The notes under the pieces: model-generated
The model's input: only the letters and a program-made list of their open reading frames with translations
Told to the model about the DNA's origin: nothing
The model's database searches: none
Position numbers and translations under genes: made by a program
NCBI RefSeq assembly: GCF_009914755.1
Contig: NC_060936.1
DNA from: the human T2T-CHM13v2.0 reference genome, Homo sapiens
DNA length: 64,000 nt
Strand: one strand, 5' to 3'
In this document: piece by piece, positions 29,982-51,730 of the stretch
Layout of the letters: the number at the start of each line of letters is the position of its first letter
Position numbering within the stretch: position 1 is the first letter of the stretch

Positions 29982-30966
29982 TGCTGTAGGAGTTATTAAG
30001 AAATTATTTTAGGTATATAGAGAAGAAAAGGGGTCCTTGGGAAGTTTTCGGGTTTTTTTGTTTGTTTGTTTTGTTTTGTTTTGAGAGGGAGTCTCGCTCT
30101 GTCGCCCAGGCTGGAGTGCAGTGGCGCTATCTCGGCTCACTGCAAGCTCTGCCTCTCGGGTTCACGCCATTCTCCTGCCTCACTCAGCCTCCCGAGTAGC
30201 TGGGACTACAGGCACCCGCCACCACACCCGGCTAATTTTTTTTTTTTTTTTTTTTTTTTTTTAGTAGAGACGGGGTTTCACCGTGTTAGCCAGGATGGTC
30301 TCGATCTTCTGACCTCGTGATCTGCCCGCCTGGGCCTCCCAAAGTGCTGGGATTACAGGCGTGAGCCACCGCACCCAGCTGGGAAGTTTTCTTTAAAGCA
30401 TCTTCGGAAAAGTTTCTTGTATAGCCCCGGCTCTTAGAGCCAGGCTGGCAACCTTTGATATGTAAATGCAAGCCATTAGAAACTAGGTCCACCCAAACAT
30501 GGTGATTCCCCTGCCTTCTTGCCCTTTCCCCACAAGTTCCTGGCAACATGGCCGCCCCCATGTATTCCCACGTGTGTTAGAACATCATGGTGCCCCGCTT
30601 TTGCATATTAAAAGGCTATGGTGGGAGGGCCAGCTTTTTCGCAGATATGTGAATGACATGCCTAGTCAAACCAATCCCCTGAGCCCTATGCAATTCAGAC
30701 ACCGCCTCCTCCAGCCTCTGTGTACATATATCTAGCTGGTATCTGTGGCAGGTCGGGGTTCCCCTCTCTCAGCTTTGGAGCCCCCCTCCCTCTGTCTCTT
30801 TACAGGGGAGCTTGTTCCTCCTCCCTTCCTTCTTGCCTCTTCTTGCCTATTAAGCTCTCAAGCTCTCCACTCCTTAAAACCACTCCACGTGTGTCTGTGT
30901 CGTTTTATCTAAACTGGCACGAGGACCAAGAACCCTGGTGTTCCTCCACTCATCGGAGCTGTATCA
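29982..30966 (+). mobile_element. LTR9-family (LTR9B-like) solo LTR with internal AluY
   Basis: TG...CA ends with 4-bp TSD ctgg (29978-29981 and 30967-30970); aggagttattaagaaattattttagg start. Confidence 0.75.
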
Positions 30967-31154
30967 CTGGTAGATAGGAGCACTGCCATTTTTGATGCTT
31001 ACATTTCAAAGAGATCTCAAGTCCTTGAGAAAGACATTCCTGGGTTTTACACATTTACAAGAGGCTTTTAGAAAGATTTATATACATCTGGGGCCAGGCG
31101 CGTTGGCTTATGCCTGTAATCCCAGCACTTTGGGAGGCCGAGGCGGTTGGATCA

Positions 31155-31457
<303 letters not shown>

Positions 31458-31539
31458 TTAAGAAAAGGGAAAGAATAGTCTTTTCCCTAATTTTTTCTTT
31501 TTGCTTTTGTTTGTTTGTTTAGAGACGGGGTTTTGCTAT

Positions 31540-32314
<775 letters not shown>

Positions 32315-32524
32315 TTTTTTTTTTTTGAGATGGAGCCTTGCTCTGTTGCCCAGGCTGGAGTGCAGTATGCGATCTCAGCACTTTGGGGCGGGGGCAAGAT
32401 GAACAGATCGCTTGAGTTCAAGAGTTCAAGACCAGCCTGGGCAACATGTCTAAACCCCATCTCCACAAAAAAATATAAAAATTAGCTGGGCGTAGTGGTA
32501 CCCGCCTGTAGTCCCAGCTACTCA

Positions 32525-32770
<246 letters not shown>

Positions 32771-33156
32771 TTACTTTTACAATTTTGGAATATGAAAATA
32801 TCTTTCTTTTGTAACGACAAATATGGAATACAAACATTACAACTTCTTTTTTTGCCCATCCTGGATTAAAAAGGAAATAATAGATGAAATGCCTTGCAAA
32901 GAGGACAAAATATTTTGGGGTCTAAAATGTGCTTTGCCCAGGATCTTGCCTTGTAATGATAATGACTCTCCCTTAGTGATCCAAACAAAGGAATGTGGTC
33001 AACTGTATGAACAAGGTTCAGTGAAGTCCTGAGTCACATGACAATCTGTCCTCCCCAAGCCTCTGTGCTTCAGAAGCTGGAAAGTCGTTCTACCCTTGGG
33101 CACAGGGTACATGTGCAGTAGCAATAAATAGCACCAGGAGGAATAGGAGCAACAAG

Positions 33157-33508
33157 TGTTACTGGTAGAGGGTCTTGACTACGAGTTGTCCAGGTCCTTG
33201 GCATTTTGAACAAAGAATTGAACAAAACGTACGAAGTAGCAGAGAAATGAAATGCAGGAATGAAGCAACGAGAGCAGGAATTCATTAAAGCGAGAAAGCA
33301 CTTCACAGGGTGGGAGTGGGCCTGAGCAAGCAGCTCAAGGGTGCAGTTACAAAGCTTTCTGGGCTTTAAGTACCTCATTTGAGGTTCTTATCTAGATGAA
33401 GGATTTGGTCTGTGGCAAATTAAAGACTGAGGTGAACTGGCGCCCTGTGCAGATAAAGGGATGGTCCCTGCTTCGCCAGGGCCAATCCAAGGCACTCTCC
33501 TTTTCCAT
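33157..33508 (-). mobile_element. MER51-group LTR, truncated at an Alu
   Basis: tgttactggtagagggtcttgactacgagttgtccaggtccttggcattttgaacaaagaattgaacaaaac. Confidence 0.7.
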
Positions 33509-34008
33509 CCCAGCACTTTGGGAGCCTGAGGCAGGTGATCACTTGAGCTCAGGAGTTCAAGACCAGCCTGGCTAACATGGTGAAAACCTGTCTCTACTGG
33601 TGCTCTCGCCATTATTCCATCTGCTATGAGCCCCTTTCTGCATAAAGTAAAGTTTGCCTTGCTAAGAGAATTAAATTTATGTTTGAATGTTATTTCTTTG
33701 TAGCACTGGGGAACAAGCATTCTATTTCTAAATAAACATTTTTACATATAAGAAATGGTGGTCCGTACAGGGATACATTTTCCTCTGGGGTGGTCTCTAG
33801 TCCTCTCATGAGGGGGTCTCCCACTGCCTCATCGTGGTGGCCTCAGGGGTAGTAAGAAATTGAGACCCATCTGGTGTGATGAATAGACCCGGACTCTCAA
33901 CAAGGCAGAAGAAACTGGCCAGCAATCTGGAGTAAATGATCCTCACATATGATGTGGACCAGGCGACCTCATGCATGAGCCAAGAAAGGAAACAAACCAG
34001 AGGAGCCG

Positions 34009-35900
<1,892 letters not shown>

Positions 35901-35983
35901 AAAGCTAATCAAAACAACTAAGCCAAGACATATTTAAAAAAAAAAGTTTGAAGAAGAAAACTATAAAAACAAGACAAGGAAAT

Positions 35984-36508
35984 TGTAGAAAGTAAAAAGT
36001 TCCTCTTCAAAGTTTCCCTTCTTGTTCAAGAATAAATCATAAGTGTTAGAAATAGTAGTTTCTTTTAAAGACTAACTGTATGCTAGACATGCGCACAGGC
36101 CTGTCCCGGCTCGCAGCCTATGCCCCTTCCTTATTTAAGAATGTTATTACCTTTCTAAGTCCTTTCGTAAGTAACTTCCTCTTTTCCTTTGTCTTTCTAT
36201 TGCCTTTGCCTATTTAGAAAAGTTTTAAACTGTTAGCTAATCAGGTTTTAGTTTAGATTGTGAGGTCTGGCTTTAGCCAATGGAGACAGGACACAGTAGC
36301 AGGGACAAACTGCGTAAAGGATAAAAATTACTTCCCTCCATTGTTCAGGTGTGCTCTTGCCATTATTCCATCTGTGGTGAATACTTGACTTTCTGCAAAA
36401 AGTAAAGATTGCCATGCTAAGAGAATTAAATTTATGTTCGAGTGCTATTTCTTCGTAGCACCAAGGAACAAGCATTCTATTTCTAAGTAAACATTTTTTA
36501 CATATAAC
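35984..36508 (+). mobile_element. 3' LTR, LTR10B-like
   Basis: TGTAGAAAGTAAAAAGTTCCTCTTCAAAG start after a degenerate PPT; CCAAT at ~36277, TATA-like ggataaaaa at ~36319, AGTAAA signals. Confidence 0.8.
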
Positions 36509-36891
36509 CAATAAACAAACAAAAACCTGTCTCTACTAAAAATACAAAAAAATTAGCAGGACGTGGTGGTGCACACCTGTAATCCCAGCTACTCAGGAGG
36601 CTGAGGCAGGAGAATCATTTGAACCCGGGAGGCCGGAGGTTGCAGTAAGCCAAGATTGTGCCACTGCACTCCAGCCTGGGTGACAGAGTGAGACTTCGTC
36701 TAAAAAAAAAAAAAACAGATAAAAATGTGTTATTTGTAAATTAGCTGGGTGCAGTGGTGTGGGCCTGTAATCCCAGCTACTCATGGGGCTGAGGTGGGAG
36801 AATCTCTTGAGCCAAGGAGGCGGAGGTTGCAGTGAGCCCACATCACGCCACTTCACTCCAGCCTGGGTGATGGGAGTAAAACCCGGTCTTA

Positions 36892-37796
<905 letters not shown>

Positions 37797-37975
37797 TTAG
37801 CTGGGCATGGTGATAGATGCCTGTAATTTCAGCTACTTGGGAGGCTGAGGCAGGAGAATCGCTTGAACCCAGGAGGGAGAGGTTGCTGTGAGCCAAGATA
37901 ACACCACCACACTGCAGCCTGGGCTACAGAGTGAAACTCTGTCTCAAAAATAAATAAATAAAAATAAATTAATTA

Positions 37976-38173
<198 letters not shown>

Positions 38174-38361
38174 TCATGAGCTTGTAGTCCTAACTGCTCA
38201 AGAGGCTGAGGTGGGAGGATCCCTTGTGCCTAGGAGGTGGAAGTTGCAGTGAGTCGTAATCTCACCACTGCACTCCAGCCTGGGTGACAGAGCCAGACCC
38301 TGTCTCAAAAGAAATAAATAGGCCGAGTGGGGTGGCTCACGCCTATAATCCCAGCACTTTA

Positions 38362-38653
<292 letters not shown>

Positions 38654-39109
38654 TTACTAATGGTACAATACTCCCCCATTTACCACAAGTGATAGATTTT
38701 CTGTCAGGTTTTCTTCCATTCCATGTAAAGCCATTTGTCTCCTCCATCAAATTATTTTACTGCTAATTCTGCCTTTAGTCATCTGCATTGTAATCTTTTA
38801 CCTCTAGTTTTGTATGAATTCAACAGCCTTAAATAACTGCACGGAGTGATGCAACTTATTTATGATTAGAAAATGCTTGTTAATGAACCACATGCAGTCA
38901 TTTTTGAAATTGTAAATGGCATTAACAATTTTTCTTCTTTTCTTTTTTTTACTTCTTTTTAAAATAACTTGGGTACTCTCTTTTCCTTATTCTTGCCAAG
39001 CATATATATTAGTGAAAACCTATGCGGGAAGTGGCAATTTGGTCTCCTCTTCCTCCTGTAGTTGTTAGTTATTTGAATAAGGTGATTTGAGTTATTTCTA
39101 ATTCTGGCT

Positions 39110-39420
39110 GTATTCTCTTGGGTTCCCACAGACACACACCCTGAGAAAGGATTTGAAAGCAAGTATTAATAATTCACTGGGAGGTGATCTCAGGAAACAC
39201 TGGTGGAGGACTGGCGACGTGAGATAAGGATGGAAGGGAAAAGCAGTTAAGAAAAGGGTGAGCTATCAATCCAGCTGCCACTGTGAGCAACTGTAGCTGC
39301 ATCTTGCTGCAGAACCCTGGGACTCAGTGTAGAGAGCATGACCCAGAGTTACCCACAGGATGAGTGAGGGAGCTGGTTATGAACTGCTGGGGGAGTGTTA
39401 CAGTTCAGGCTGCCAGAGCA
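39110..39420 (-). mobile_element. Old ERVL-type LTR fragment (LTR16-like)
   Basis: accctgagaaaggatttgaaagcaagta...gggaggtgatctcaggaaacactgg. Confidence 0.5.
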
Positions 39421-39648
39421 AACCTTGTCATGGAAATCAGCCGGGCATACACTACAGAGTCAGAAGTAGGGATGGAGGCACTGAAGATGGCAGGCACAAA
39501 CACAGTGCAAAATTTTCATCATCAACTCTATGTTTTATATACTTTGAAAGATTTAGATAACTGGCATCAACTTATTTATCAGAGAAGAGTTGAAGAGTGA
39601 GACCATTTAGGAGGCTTGAGATAGTCCAGGTAGCAGCTTAGACTTGAT

Positions 39649-40441
<793 letters not shown>

Positions 40442-40479
40442 GATCAAACCATTTTTACTTGCATCTTCTTGCTCCTGTC

Positions 40480-40905
40480 ATATACTTGTTTTGTGCCAGC
40501 CGTATGAAACTTCTCACTTTCCTTCAAATCAGCTTGCCAGTCCCTAGAATGTGCGAGCTGCTCATGTTGCTCATGTTGTATGTGTCCTCTATCTAGAAAA
40601 CCCTTTTACTGCTTCTCCAGCTGACGGAAAAAATCCTACTCGCTTTACTCCAAAGGCCAGCTCAGGTATCACCTCATCTGTGAAGCATTTCCTAACTCTT
40701 CCAGGGAGAATTAATTGAGCCCTACTTCTGAGATCCTATTACACTTTACTCATGCTGGTAGCAGGACCCGATTGCAGTCATAGCTTTCAGGCAGTGTCTG
40801 CATCACCTGAGGAAATGTCAACTCCTTTAGGGTAGGGGGCCTTCATATTGCTCCTGACTCTTAGAAGATGCTCAGTAAATGTTTGTGAAATGAAGTTGAA
40901 TAAAA
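40480..40905 (+). mobile_element. L2 3' fragment
   Basis: caaaggccagctcaggtatcacctcatctgtgaagc...gatgctcagtaaatgtttgtgaaatgaa. Confidence 0.65.
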
Positions 40906-41843
40906 TCCTTACTCTCAAAACTCATTTTTGCTATATTCTATACAACCAAAGGTAAATGGGAAGATTGGTAGAAGTTTTCCTTGGACCGGCAAACCTTTCC
41001 CTTGTCCCATTTTAAAAAAACATAAACCGAGGCGGGCAGATCATGAGGTCAGGAGATTGAGACCATCCTGGCTAACACGGTGAAATCCCTTCTCTACTAA
41101 AAATACAAAAAAATTGGCCGGGCATGGTGGCGGGTGCCTGCAGTCTCAGCTACTCGGGAGGCTGAGGCAGGAGAATGGCATGAACCCGGGGGACGGAGCT
41201 TGCAGTAAGCAGAGATGCGCCACTGCACTCCGGCCTCGGTGACAGAGACAGACTCTGTCTCAAAAAAAAAAAAAAAAAAACCATAAACAGGGTATTGTTA
41301 ATAGTGTTATCAAAATTAGCTGGGATGGGTTTGGTAGACTTGCACTTTGCACTTCTAGCTTCTATCATGGTCTCATTTGGTGGTGTGTGAGGCACTTGTG
41401 CTGTGAGCTCTCTCTCTCTCACTCTCACTCTATTTTTTAGAGATAGGGTTTCACTATATTGCCAAGGCTAGCCTTGAAGTCCTGGGCTGAAGTGATCTTC
41501 CTGCCTTAGCCTCCCAAGTACCTGGGACTACAGGCATGCGGCACTGTGCCAGGTTCAGGTTCATTTCAAATGGAAAAGACAATCTTTCTTCCCTTCCCAA
41601 TCCTTGCCAGACCTCATTTAACTAATAGCTTCCTTTTCAAGGACTGCAGGCAGAGGCAGAGTGCTTGCTGTTACATGAAGTGTGCTCCAGTGCTTCTGGC
41701 TTGGGACAATGAATTCATGCAGATCTCAGGCGATGGCAGGAGAAGTATTGGATGCTCCTGATCAGTTGGTACATCTGTATATGAAATACAGGAGGAAACA
41801 GGCTGGGCAGTCCTGCCCGCTGTACAGAGAAAGTGGTTGACAC

Positions 41844-42418
41844 AGCAGGGGAATTTAAAGATCACCTCTAACCATCTCAGTTCTTAAGTGGCATCTTTAG
41901 TGGGGCCTAGGAATTAAATTGACATAAGGCAGATTAACAGAAGAAAAGCACACAAGTTTTATTAATTTTTACCTGTACAAAGGGACACTTACAAGAGAGT
42001 GAACACCTGAGGAAATGGCCAAAGCGGAAAGCTTTTCTACTTTTTAGATAAAGAATGGTAAATCTGTGAAGAAAGGACTGGACAAAGGGATCCAGGTTGG
42101 GGACAGTAAATTCTAGGGGAGTCACTAGGAGATTTATGGGGGGATGTAAACCTAGTGGAAGATAAGGATTTATTAAGTAAGTTTATCTGTACAGGTCCAG
42201 CTCAGTGGCAGTTCCCAGTCCCTGGAGATAAGGGTTATTTTCTTGCCCTGGTACCGGAAAGGCCTCCTCCTCAAAGGAATTTTTATGACTTGCTACATGT
42301 AGGAAAGGACAGGTCAGAGAGCCCTTTCTGCAATTACAGTCTCTCAAGTACTTTCAGCTTGAAATAATCAGTACATCACATCAGCCGATTTTGGGGTGGC
42401 TCATCCTTAACTCCTGCA
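41844..42418 (-). mobile_element. MER34-group LTR
   Basis: aattaaattgacataaggcagattaacagaagaaaagcac...ctttcagcttgaaataatcag...ttttggggtggc. Confidence 0.65.
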
Positions 42419-42485
42419 ACACTGTTGCTTAGTGGTTTTATCATTATATATTGTATAAATATATATATATAGTATACATCTATAA

Positions 42486-42852
<367 letters not shown>

Positions 42853-42868
42853 TAATGTTTTTTTTTAG

Positions 42869-43400
<532 letters not shown>

Positions 43401-43448
43401 TAAAAATAAAAATAAAAAAAATTAGCCAGGCATGGTGGCACATGCCTA

Positions 43449-43595
<147 letters not shown>

Positions 43596-43777
43596 CTAGC
43601 CGGGTGTGGTGGCCTGTGCCTGTAGTCCCAGCTACGTGGGGGGCTGAGGCAGAGAATTGCTTGAACCCGGGAGGCAGAGGTTGCAGCAGCTGAGATCGTG
43701 CCACTGCACTCTAGCCTGGGTGACAGAGCGAGACGCCATCTCAAAAAAAAGAAAGAAAGAAAAAGAAAAATTAAGTC

Positions 43778-44000
43778 TGAACTTTGAATTTCTCAAGGAA
43801 GCTAATGATGCATGTGTAAATTGCACAAAATATCAACATTTACCATCCCCAGTGAAGGCTGTAGTAATATCATTGACTACATGAAAAAATAGAAGACACA
43901 AATTTGCTGAAGAAGAATCAGTGTCTACTTCAAATGATAATAATTCTTTTAAGCAGATCGTGCCTGAAAATGACAAGGTAACATATGCAGATGCAGAGGT
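43778..44000 (+). mobile_element. hAT (Blackjack-like) transposase N-terminal fragment
   Basis: FEFLKEANDACVNCTK / STFTI...IIDYMK / RRHKFAEEESVSTS across frameshifts, resembling a BED zinc-finger region. Confidence 0.55.
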
Positions 44001-44002
44001 GA

Positions 44003-44435
<433 letters not shown>

Positions 44436-45169
44436 TAGTTAGCTATGGATAAAATCTCCACAAGGTGTCCCTAAGCTACAGATATGAAAATGTCCTGCTC
44501 AGAACACCCCTGGGAGTCCCCATCCCCAAACTCCACTTAGGCAACTGATTAGTGAAATCCAATTAGATCCAGCATCTCTCCCAAGATACTTTGACTCCAG
44601 GTAAATTCAGGATGAATGGAGAGGAATGGCAGCTTCACTCACCACCACAAGGTGCTGCCTCCTGCTGTGTTCCAGACAGTCCCAAAGCCCCGGAAGCACA
44701 GCGCAGGGACTCCAGAGTGAGACTGAATGAAAACATATCCACACGTAAGTGCCACTCACACACTCTGTGTCCGGGGCGTGGAATAGGCCAGGAGAACCTT
44801 GGTCTGAAAATACGAAGAGCTCATTTCTTCCTCTTAATCTATCACTAGTACCACAATACTGAGTTGAGATCATTATTGCTATATTACCTCAAGCCAATCA
44901 TTAATGTCAATGGTATTAACTTTTTCTCATTTGTAAAAATGATAAAACTTGGTTTAAGATGTTCCGTATAGTCCCTTGAAATTACTTTTGTTTGTTTGTT
45001 CATATCTATCTATAAAAACAAGCTGATGTAGCATTTTTTGTTTTGTTTTGTTTTGTTTTTGAGACAAGGTCTCGCTCTGTCACCTAGGCTGGAGTGCAGT
45101 GACACGATCTCAGCTCACTACAGCTTCGACTTCCTGGGCTCAAGCAATCCTCCCATCTCAGCTTCCTGA

Positions 45170-45463
<294 letters not shown>

Positions 45464-46361
45464 TGATCCGCCCACCTCGGCCTCCCAAAGTGCTGGGATT
45501 ACAGGCGTGAGCCACTGCACCCGGCCTAATTTTTCATATTTTTTTGTAGAGATAGGGTTTCGCCATGTTGCCCAGGCTGGTCTCAAACCCCTGAGCTCAA
45601 GTGATTGGCTTGTCCTCCCAAAGTGCTGATTATAGGCGTGAGCCACTGCACCCGGCCATGTTTTTTCTTTATGCATACTTACCCTCTTTATTTCTTACTG
45701 GCTTACCTAAAATATGTGAAGAGGCTGCTTGCCAGGAGGTGAGAGAAACTGGAGGAGAGTAGTAATGCAATGAGTTTTGGATTTCTTTTTTTTTTTTTTT
45801 GAGGCAGAGTCTCAATCTGTCACCCAGGCTGGAATGCAGTGAGTGGTGCAATCTTGGGTCACTGCAACTTCTGCCTCCCAGGTTCAAGCGAATCTTCTGT
45901 CTCAGCCTCCCAAGTAGCTGGGATTACAGATGTGCACCACCACACCTGGATAATTTTTGTATTTTTAGTAGACACGGGGTTTCGCCATATTAACTAGGCT
46001 GGTCTCGAACTCCTGACTTCAAGTGATCTGCTCGCCTTGGCATCTCAAAGTGCTGGGATTACAGGTGTTAGCCACTGCACCTGGCCGAGTTTTGTGTTTC
46101 AAATGCCAGACTTGGGACAGCTGAAGACTCCTCAGGTGATATGGACTACCAATAATACTGATTGGTAGGTAAATTGCGGGGATGGAACTAAGATCTCAAA
46201 GCCTGACCTGTAGCTATCTAAGACATTTAGTATCAACTGACTTCTTTCTTCCTTCCCTTCAGGTAACTATTAGGGATTTCCTAGGCCAGTTCTCAAAGAA
46301 ACACAGCTTATCTTATGACCCAGGACACAGGCACACAGACACACATACGTGACTGAATTAA

Positions 46362-46659
<298 letters not shown>

Positions 46660-46662
46660 TGA

Positions 46663-46971
<309 letters not shown>

Positions 46972-48024
46972 TAAGCCTCCCAAAGTGCTGGGATTACAGG
47001 CGTGAGTCACCGAGCCTGGCTGTTTTCTTTTCTTTTCTTTGTTTAGAGATAGGGTCTCACTCTGTCACCCAGGCTGGAGTGTAGTGGTAAAATCATAGCT
47101 CACTGCAACCTCCAACTCCTGAGCTCAAGAAACCCTCTCTCCTCAGCCTTCCAAGTAGCTAGGACCACAGGTGCACACCACCACACCAAGCTATTTTCAC
47201 AAATTTTTATACAGACAGCATCTCAGTATGTTGCCCAGGCCGGTTTCAACCCCCTGGGCTCAAACAATCCTCCCACCTTGGCCCCCAAAGTGTTGGGGTT
47301 TCAGGCATGAGCCACTGCGCCCAGCCTTGTTATTTTCTATTCTATTGTTTTGTTTGCTTATCATTCTTGGCTTCCAACAGCAATTTTTAAAAACTGTTTT
47401 GGGGTAGAGGGAGTATGGCTAACAGCTGTTTTTTCCTTAAATCTGCGCTGTGGATCTTAGAACCAGATGCCTGTTATTCACTCCCAAGCCTCCTAGGCAA
47501 TCCGCCAGTGAGATCGTCCCGCCAGTGAGATCGTCCCGCTGTTAGTCTTTGAGTTGATGGCCAGTCAGCCCTGGGTCTTAGTGGGTGGGAATAGAAGTGG
47601 GGGATGCAGAGAGAAAGCTCATTAAACATGGCCTTGCCCTAGGATTCAGAATGCAGTGCGCCTGCACTGAATCAACCTGTCAGAGAGGCTGTTCTTTGAA
47701 AAGAAGTTTGGGTCTGTCATTTAAAAAAATTAAACAATTTAGAAATGTAGTCCTCTCCTGCTTAACATCAGTAATCTATTACTGAAAATTGGTTGTTCTG
47801 CATGAAAATGCTAACCTTCAGCCTATTTATTTTATTTTAAACAGAAAAATTATACTATGTCAACCCCAAACCCTCAATCAATTTCTTAAAAGGTTAACTA
47901 AAGCATGGTAAGGTACCTAAATATAATTCTTATAAAACAAAACATCTGGTCAGTTGTGAAATGTTTAAAACATTGCTTCTTGATCACCAAATAATTAATA
48001 TGGTGAATAACAGATAGGGGCTTT

Positions 48025-48440
48025 TGTGCAGTAGAAGATTCAAGACCAAGACAAGCTCATGTTTCCCTTTAGGCGGGCTTCCTCCTGAGGGAGGCCCCTG
48101 ACCTCCCTCTTCTTAGAGCATTTGCTTTAGAAAACTTGTAAATTTTCTCTCTGATACTTCGAGATGCCAATTTTTTTTTTTTTTTGGTCATTTTACCTTT
48201 AGTCGATGCATAATCTTTAAAAAAGCTTTGTCAGTTTTACAACCCAGGAAAGTCTTTCTCCAAGACCTGGGAACTATTTCTTTGAAATGCAATCAGCAGG
48301 ACATAGCATCCTTATCTCTGTTTCTGTGGGAGGGCAGCAGGAGCCTGACTCCAAATTGCCTTGCTCCAGGTTTCAAGATATCGTGCTCTAAGTTACAAAA
48401 CTAACTCTTGTCACAAAGCTAGGATACGTTTATTTCTCCT
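48025..48440 (+). mobile_element. MER31/MER67-group LTR 5' part
   Basis: cttagagcatttgctttagaaaacttgtaa...caacccaggaaagtctttctc...ctttgaaatgcaatc. Confidence 0.55.
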
Positions 48441-48627
48441 TTTTGTTGATTTTTGAACAATTAGAATTTATTTCTCACAGTTCTGAAGGCTGCGTGTCTG
48501 AGAGCAGGGTCCCAGCACAGCCAAGTTCTGGTGAGGACCCTCTTCCAGTGGCAGATGCCCACTTCTGGTGCTATCTCCCATGGAGGACAGCAGAGGCTAT
48601 AATTCCTTTGGAGAAAGCCTACTAGCA

Positions 48628-49430
48628 AATACACAATGGAATTTTATTTAGCCTTTCAAAAAAAGGAATTTCTGCCATTTGCGACAACATAGATGAACCT
48701 GGAGAACTATGCTAAATGAAAAAAAGCCAGGCAGGGAAGGACACATACTGCAGGATCTCACATGTATGTGGAATCTAAAACAATCAAGCTCATAGAAGTA
48801 GAGAATAAAATGGTGGTTACCAGGGGCTGGGAGCGAGGAAATGGGGAAATGTTGGTCAATGGGTACAACATTTCAGTTAGACAGGAGGAATATTTTTTTG
48901 AGATCTATTGCACAGTATGAGAACTATAGTTAATAATAATGTACTGTATATTCCAAAAATGCTAAGTGAATACATTTCAAATGCTCTTCCTACCAAAAAA
49001 ATGATGAGTATTGGCTGGGCATGGTGGCTCACACCTGTTATCCCAGAGTTTTGGGATGCCAAGGCAGGCAGATCACTTGAGGCCAGGAGTTCAAGGCCAG
49101 CCTAGGCAACATAGTGAAACCCTGTCTCTATAGAAAATTAAAAAAATTAGACAGACATGATGGTGTGTGCCTGTAGTCTTAGCTACTCAGGAGGCTGAGG
49201 TGGGAGGATGGCTTGAGCCCAGGAGTTCAAAGTTACAGTAAGCTATAATGGTGCCACTGCACTCCAATCTGGGCAACAGAGTGAAAACTTGTCTCTCTAA
49301 AAAAATAAAATAAAAAAAAGATGAGTATTGAGGTAATGGGTATGTTAATTAGCTTGATTTAATAATTTCACATTGTTTACATATATTACAACATCACTCC
49401 GTACCCCATAAAGACATCAAATTATAAAAA
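48628..49430 (+). mobile_element. L1MA 3' UTR with internal Alu
   Basis: gccatttgcgacaacatagatgaacctggag...tcatagaagtagagaataaaatggtggttaccaggggctgg. Confidence 0.85.
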
Positions 49431-49609
49431 GCCAATGGCAAACACAAATGGCCTGTGACTTCCCTTATGTCCTTCAGTACTAATTCACCCAATCCTTTAA
49501 AACCTATCCCTTCTGGGCCGGGTGCGGTGGCTCATGCCTGCAATCCCAGCACTTTGGGAGGCAGAGGCAGGCGGATCACGAGGTCAGGAGATCGACGTCA
49601 ACCTGGCTA

Positions 49610-49864
<255 letters not shown>

Positions 49865-50569
49865 TCATACTTAGTTCTGGCCCTCTCCCCTCCTGCAGTT
49901 TAACTTTGCCTAAAGTTTCAACGTTGTTCAGTGCAATTTTTCCTTTGACACCACCAGTGGTCCTGTGTTGCACCCCTTTTGTTTTGTTTCATTTTGTTTT
50001 TTTGTCTTTTGGTTTATTTGGTAGAGACAGGGTCTTGCTTTGTTGTCCAGGCTGGCCTTGAACTCCTGGCTTCAAGGGCTCCTCCTGCCTCGGCCTCCCA
50101 TGGTGCTAGGATTATAGGTATGAGCCACAGCACCTGGCCTATTGCACCCCTTTTGTTGTTGTTTGTTGTTTTTTGGTTTTGAGACAGTGTCTTGTTCTGT
50201 TGCCCAGGCTGGAGCACAGTGGCATGATCGTGGCTCACTGCAGCCACTACCTCCTGGCTCAATCGATCCTCCAGCTTTAGCCTCCTGAGTAGCTGGGACT
50301 ACAGAAGTGTACCACCATGCCTGGCTAGATTTTTGAATTCTTTGTAGAGACAGAGTTTCACCTTGTTTCCTAGGTTGGTCTTGAACTCTTGAGCTGAAGC
50401 CATCCAACTGCCTCGGCCTCCCAAAGCGCTGGGATTACAGGCGTGAGCCACCGCACCAAGCCTGTTTCGTGTTTTGTTTTTTAAGACAGGGTCTTACTAT
50501 GTCACCCAGGCTTGAGGGCAGTGGCGTGATCATGGCTTACTGCAGCTTTGACCTCCCAGGCTCCAGTGA

Positions 50570-51225
<656 letters not shown>

Positions 51226-51730
51226 TAATTTTTGTATTTTTTGTATAGACAGGGTCTCACTATGTTGCTCAGGCTTATTTCAAACACCTGGGTTCAAGTG
51301 ATCCTCTGGCCTCAGCCTCCCAAAATGCTGGGATTATAGGCGTGAGCCACTGTGCCCAGCCCCTTTTGTTGATCGCTCCACAATTTTCCAAAACGTTCAT
51401 AGGGACTCTATATTAGTTTTCTAGAGCTGCCATAACAAAGCACCACAAACTGGGTGGGTTAAAAAAACAGAAAATGTATTATCTTACAGTTCTGGAAGTC
51501 AGAGGTCCAAAATCAAGGTCTTGGCAGGGCCATGCTCCTTCTGAAGGCTCCAGGGAAGAATCTGTTCCATGCCTTACTTTTAGCTTCTGGTGTTGCCAGT
51601 AAATGCTTGTTGATACAGCACTTTAATCACTGTCTCCATTGCCTCATGGCATTCTTCCTGGGTCTGTCTCCGTGTCTCTTCTCTGCTTCTCATAAGGACA
51701 GCAGTCATATTGGATTGAGTCCATACTACT

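Noticed and set aside
36085-36106. p53-like site in the retrocopy 3' LTR (AGACATGCGC-ac-AGGCCTGTCC)
   Set aside because: 2-bp spacer and a core mismatch in the second half-site; much weaker than the 52.3-kb site.
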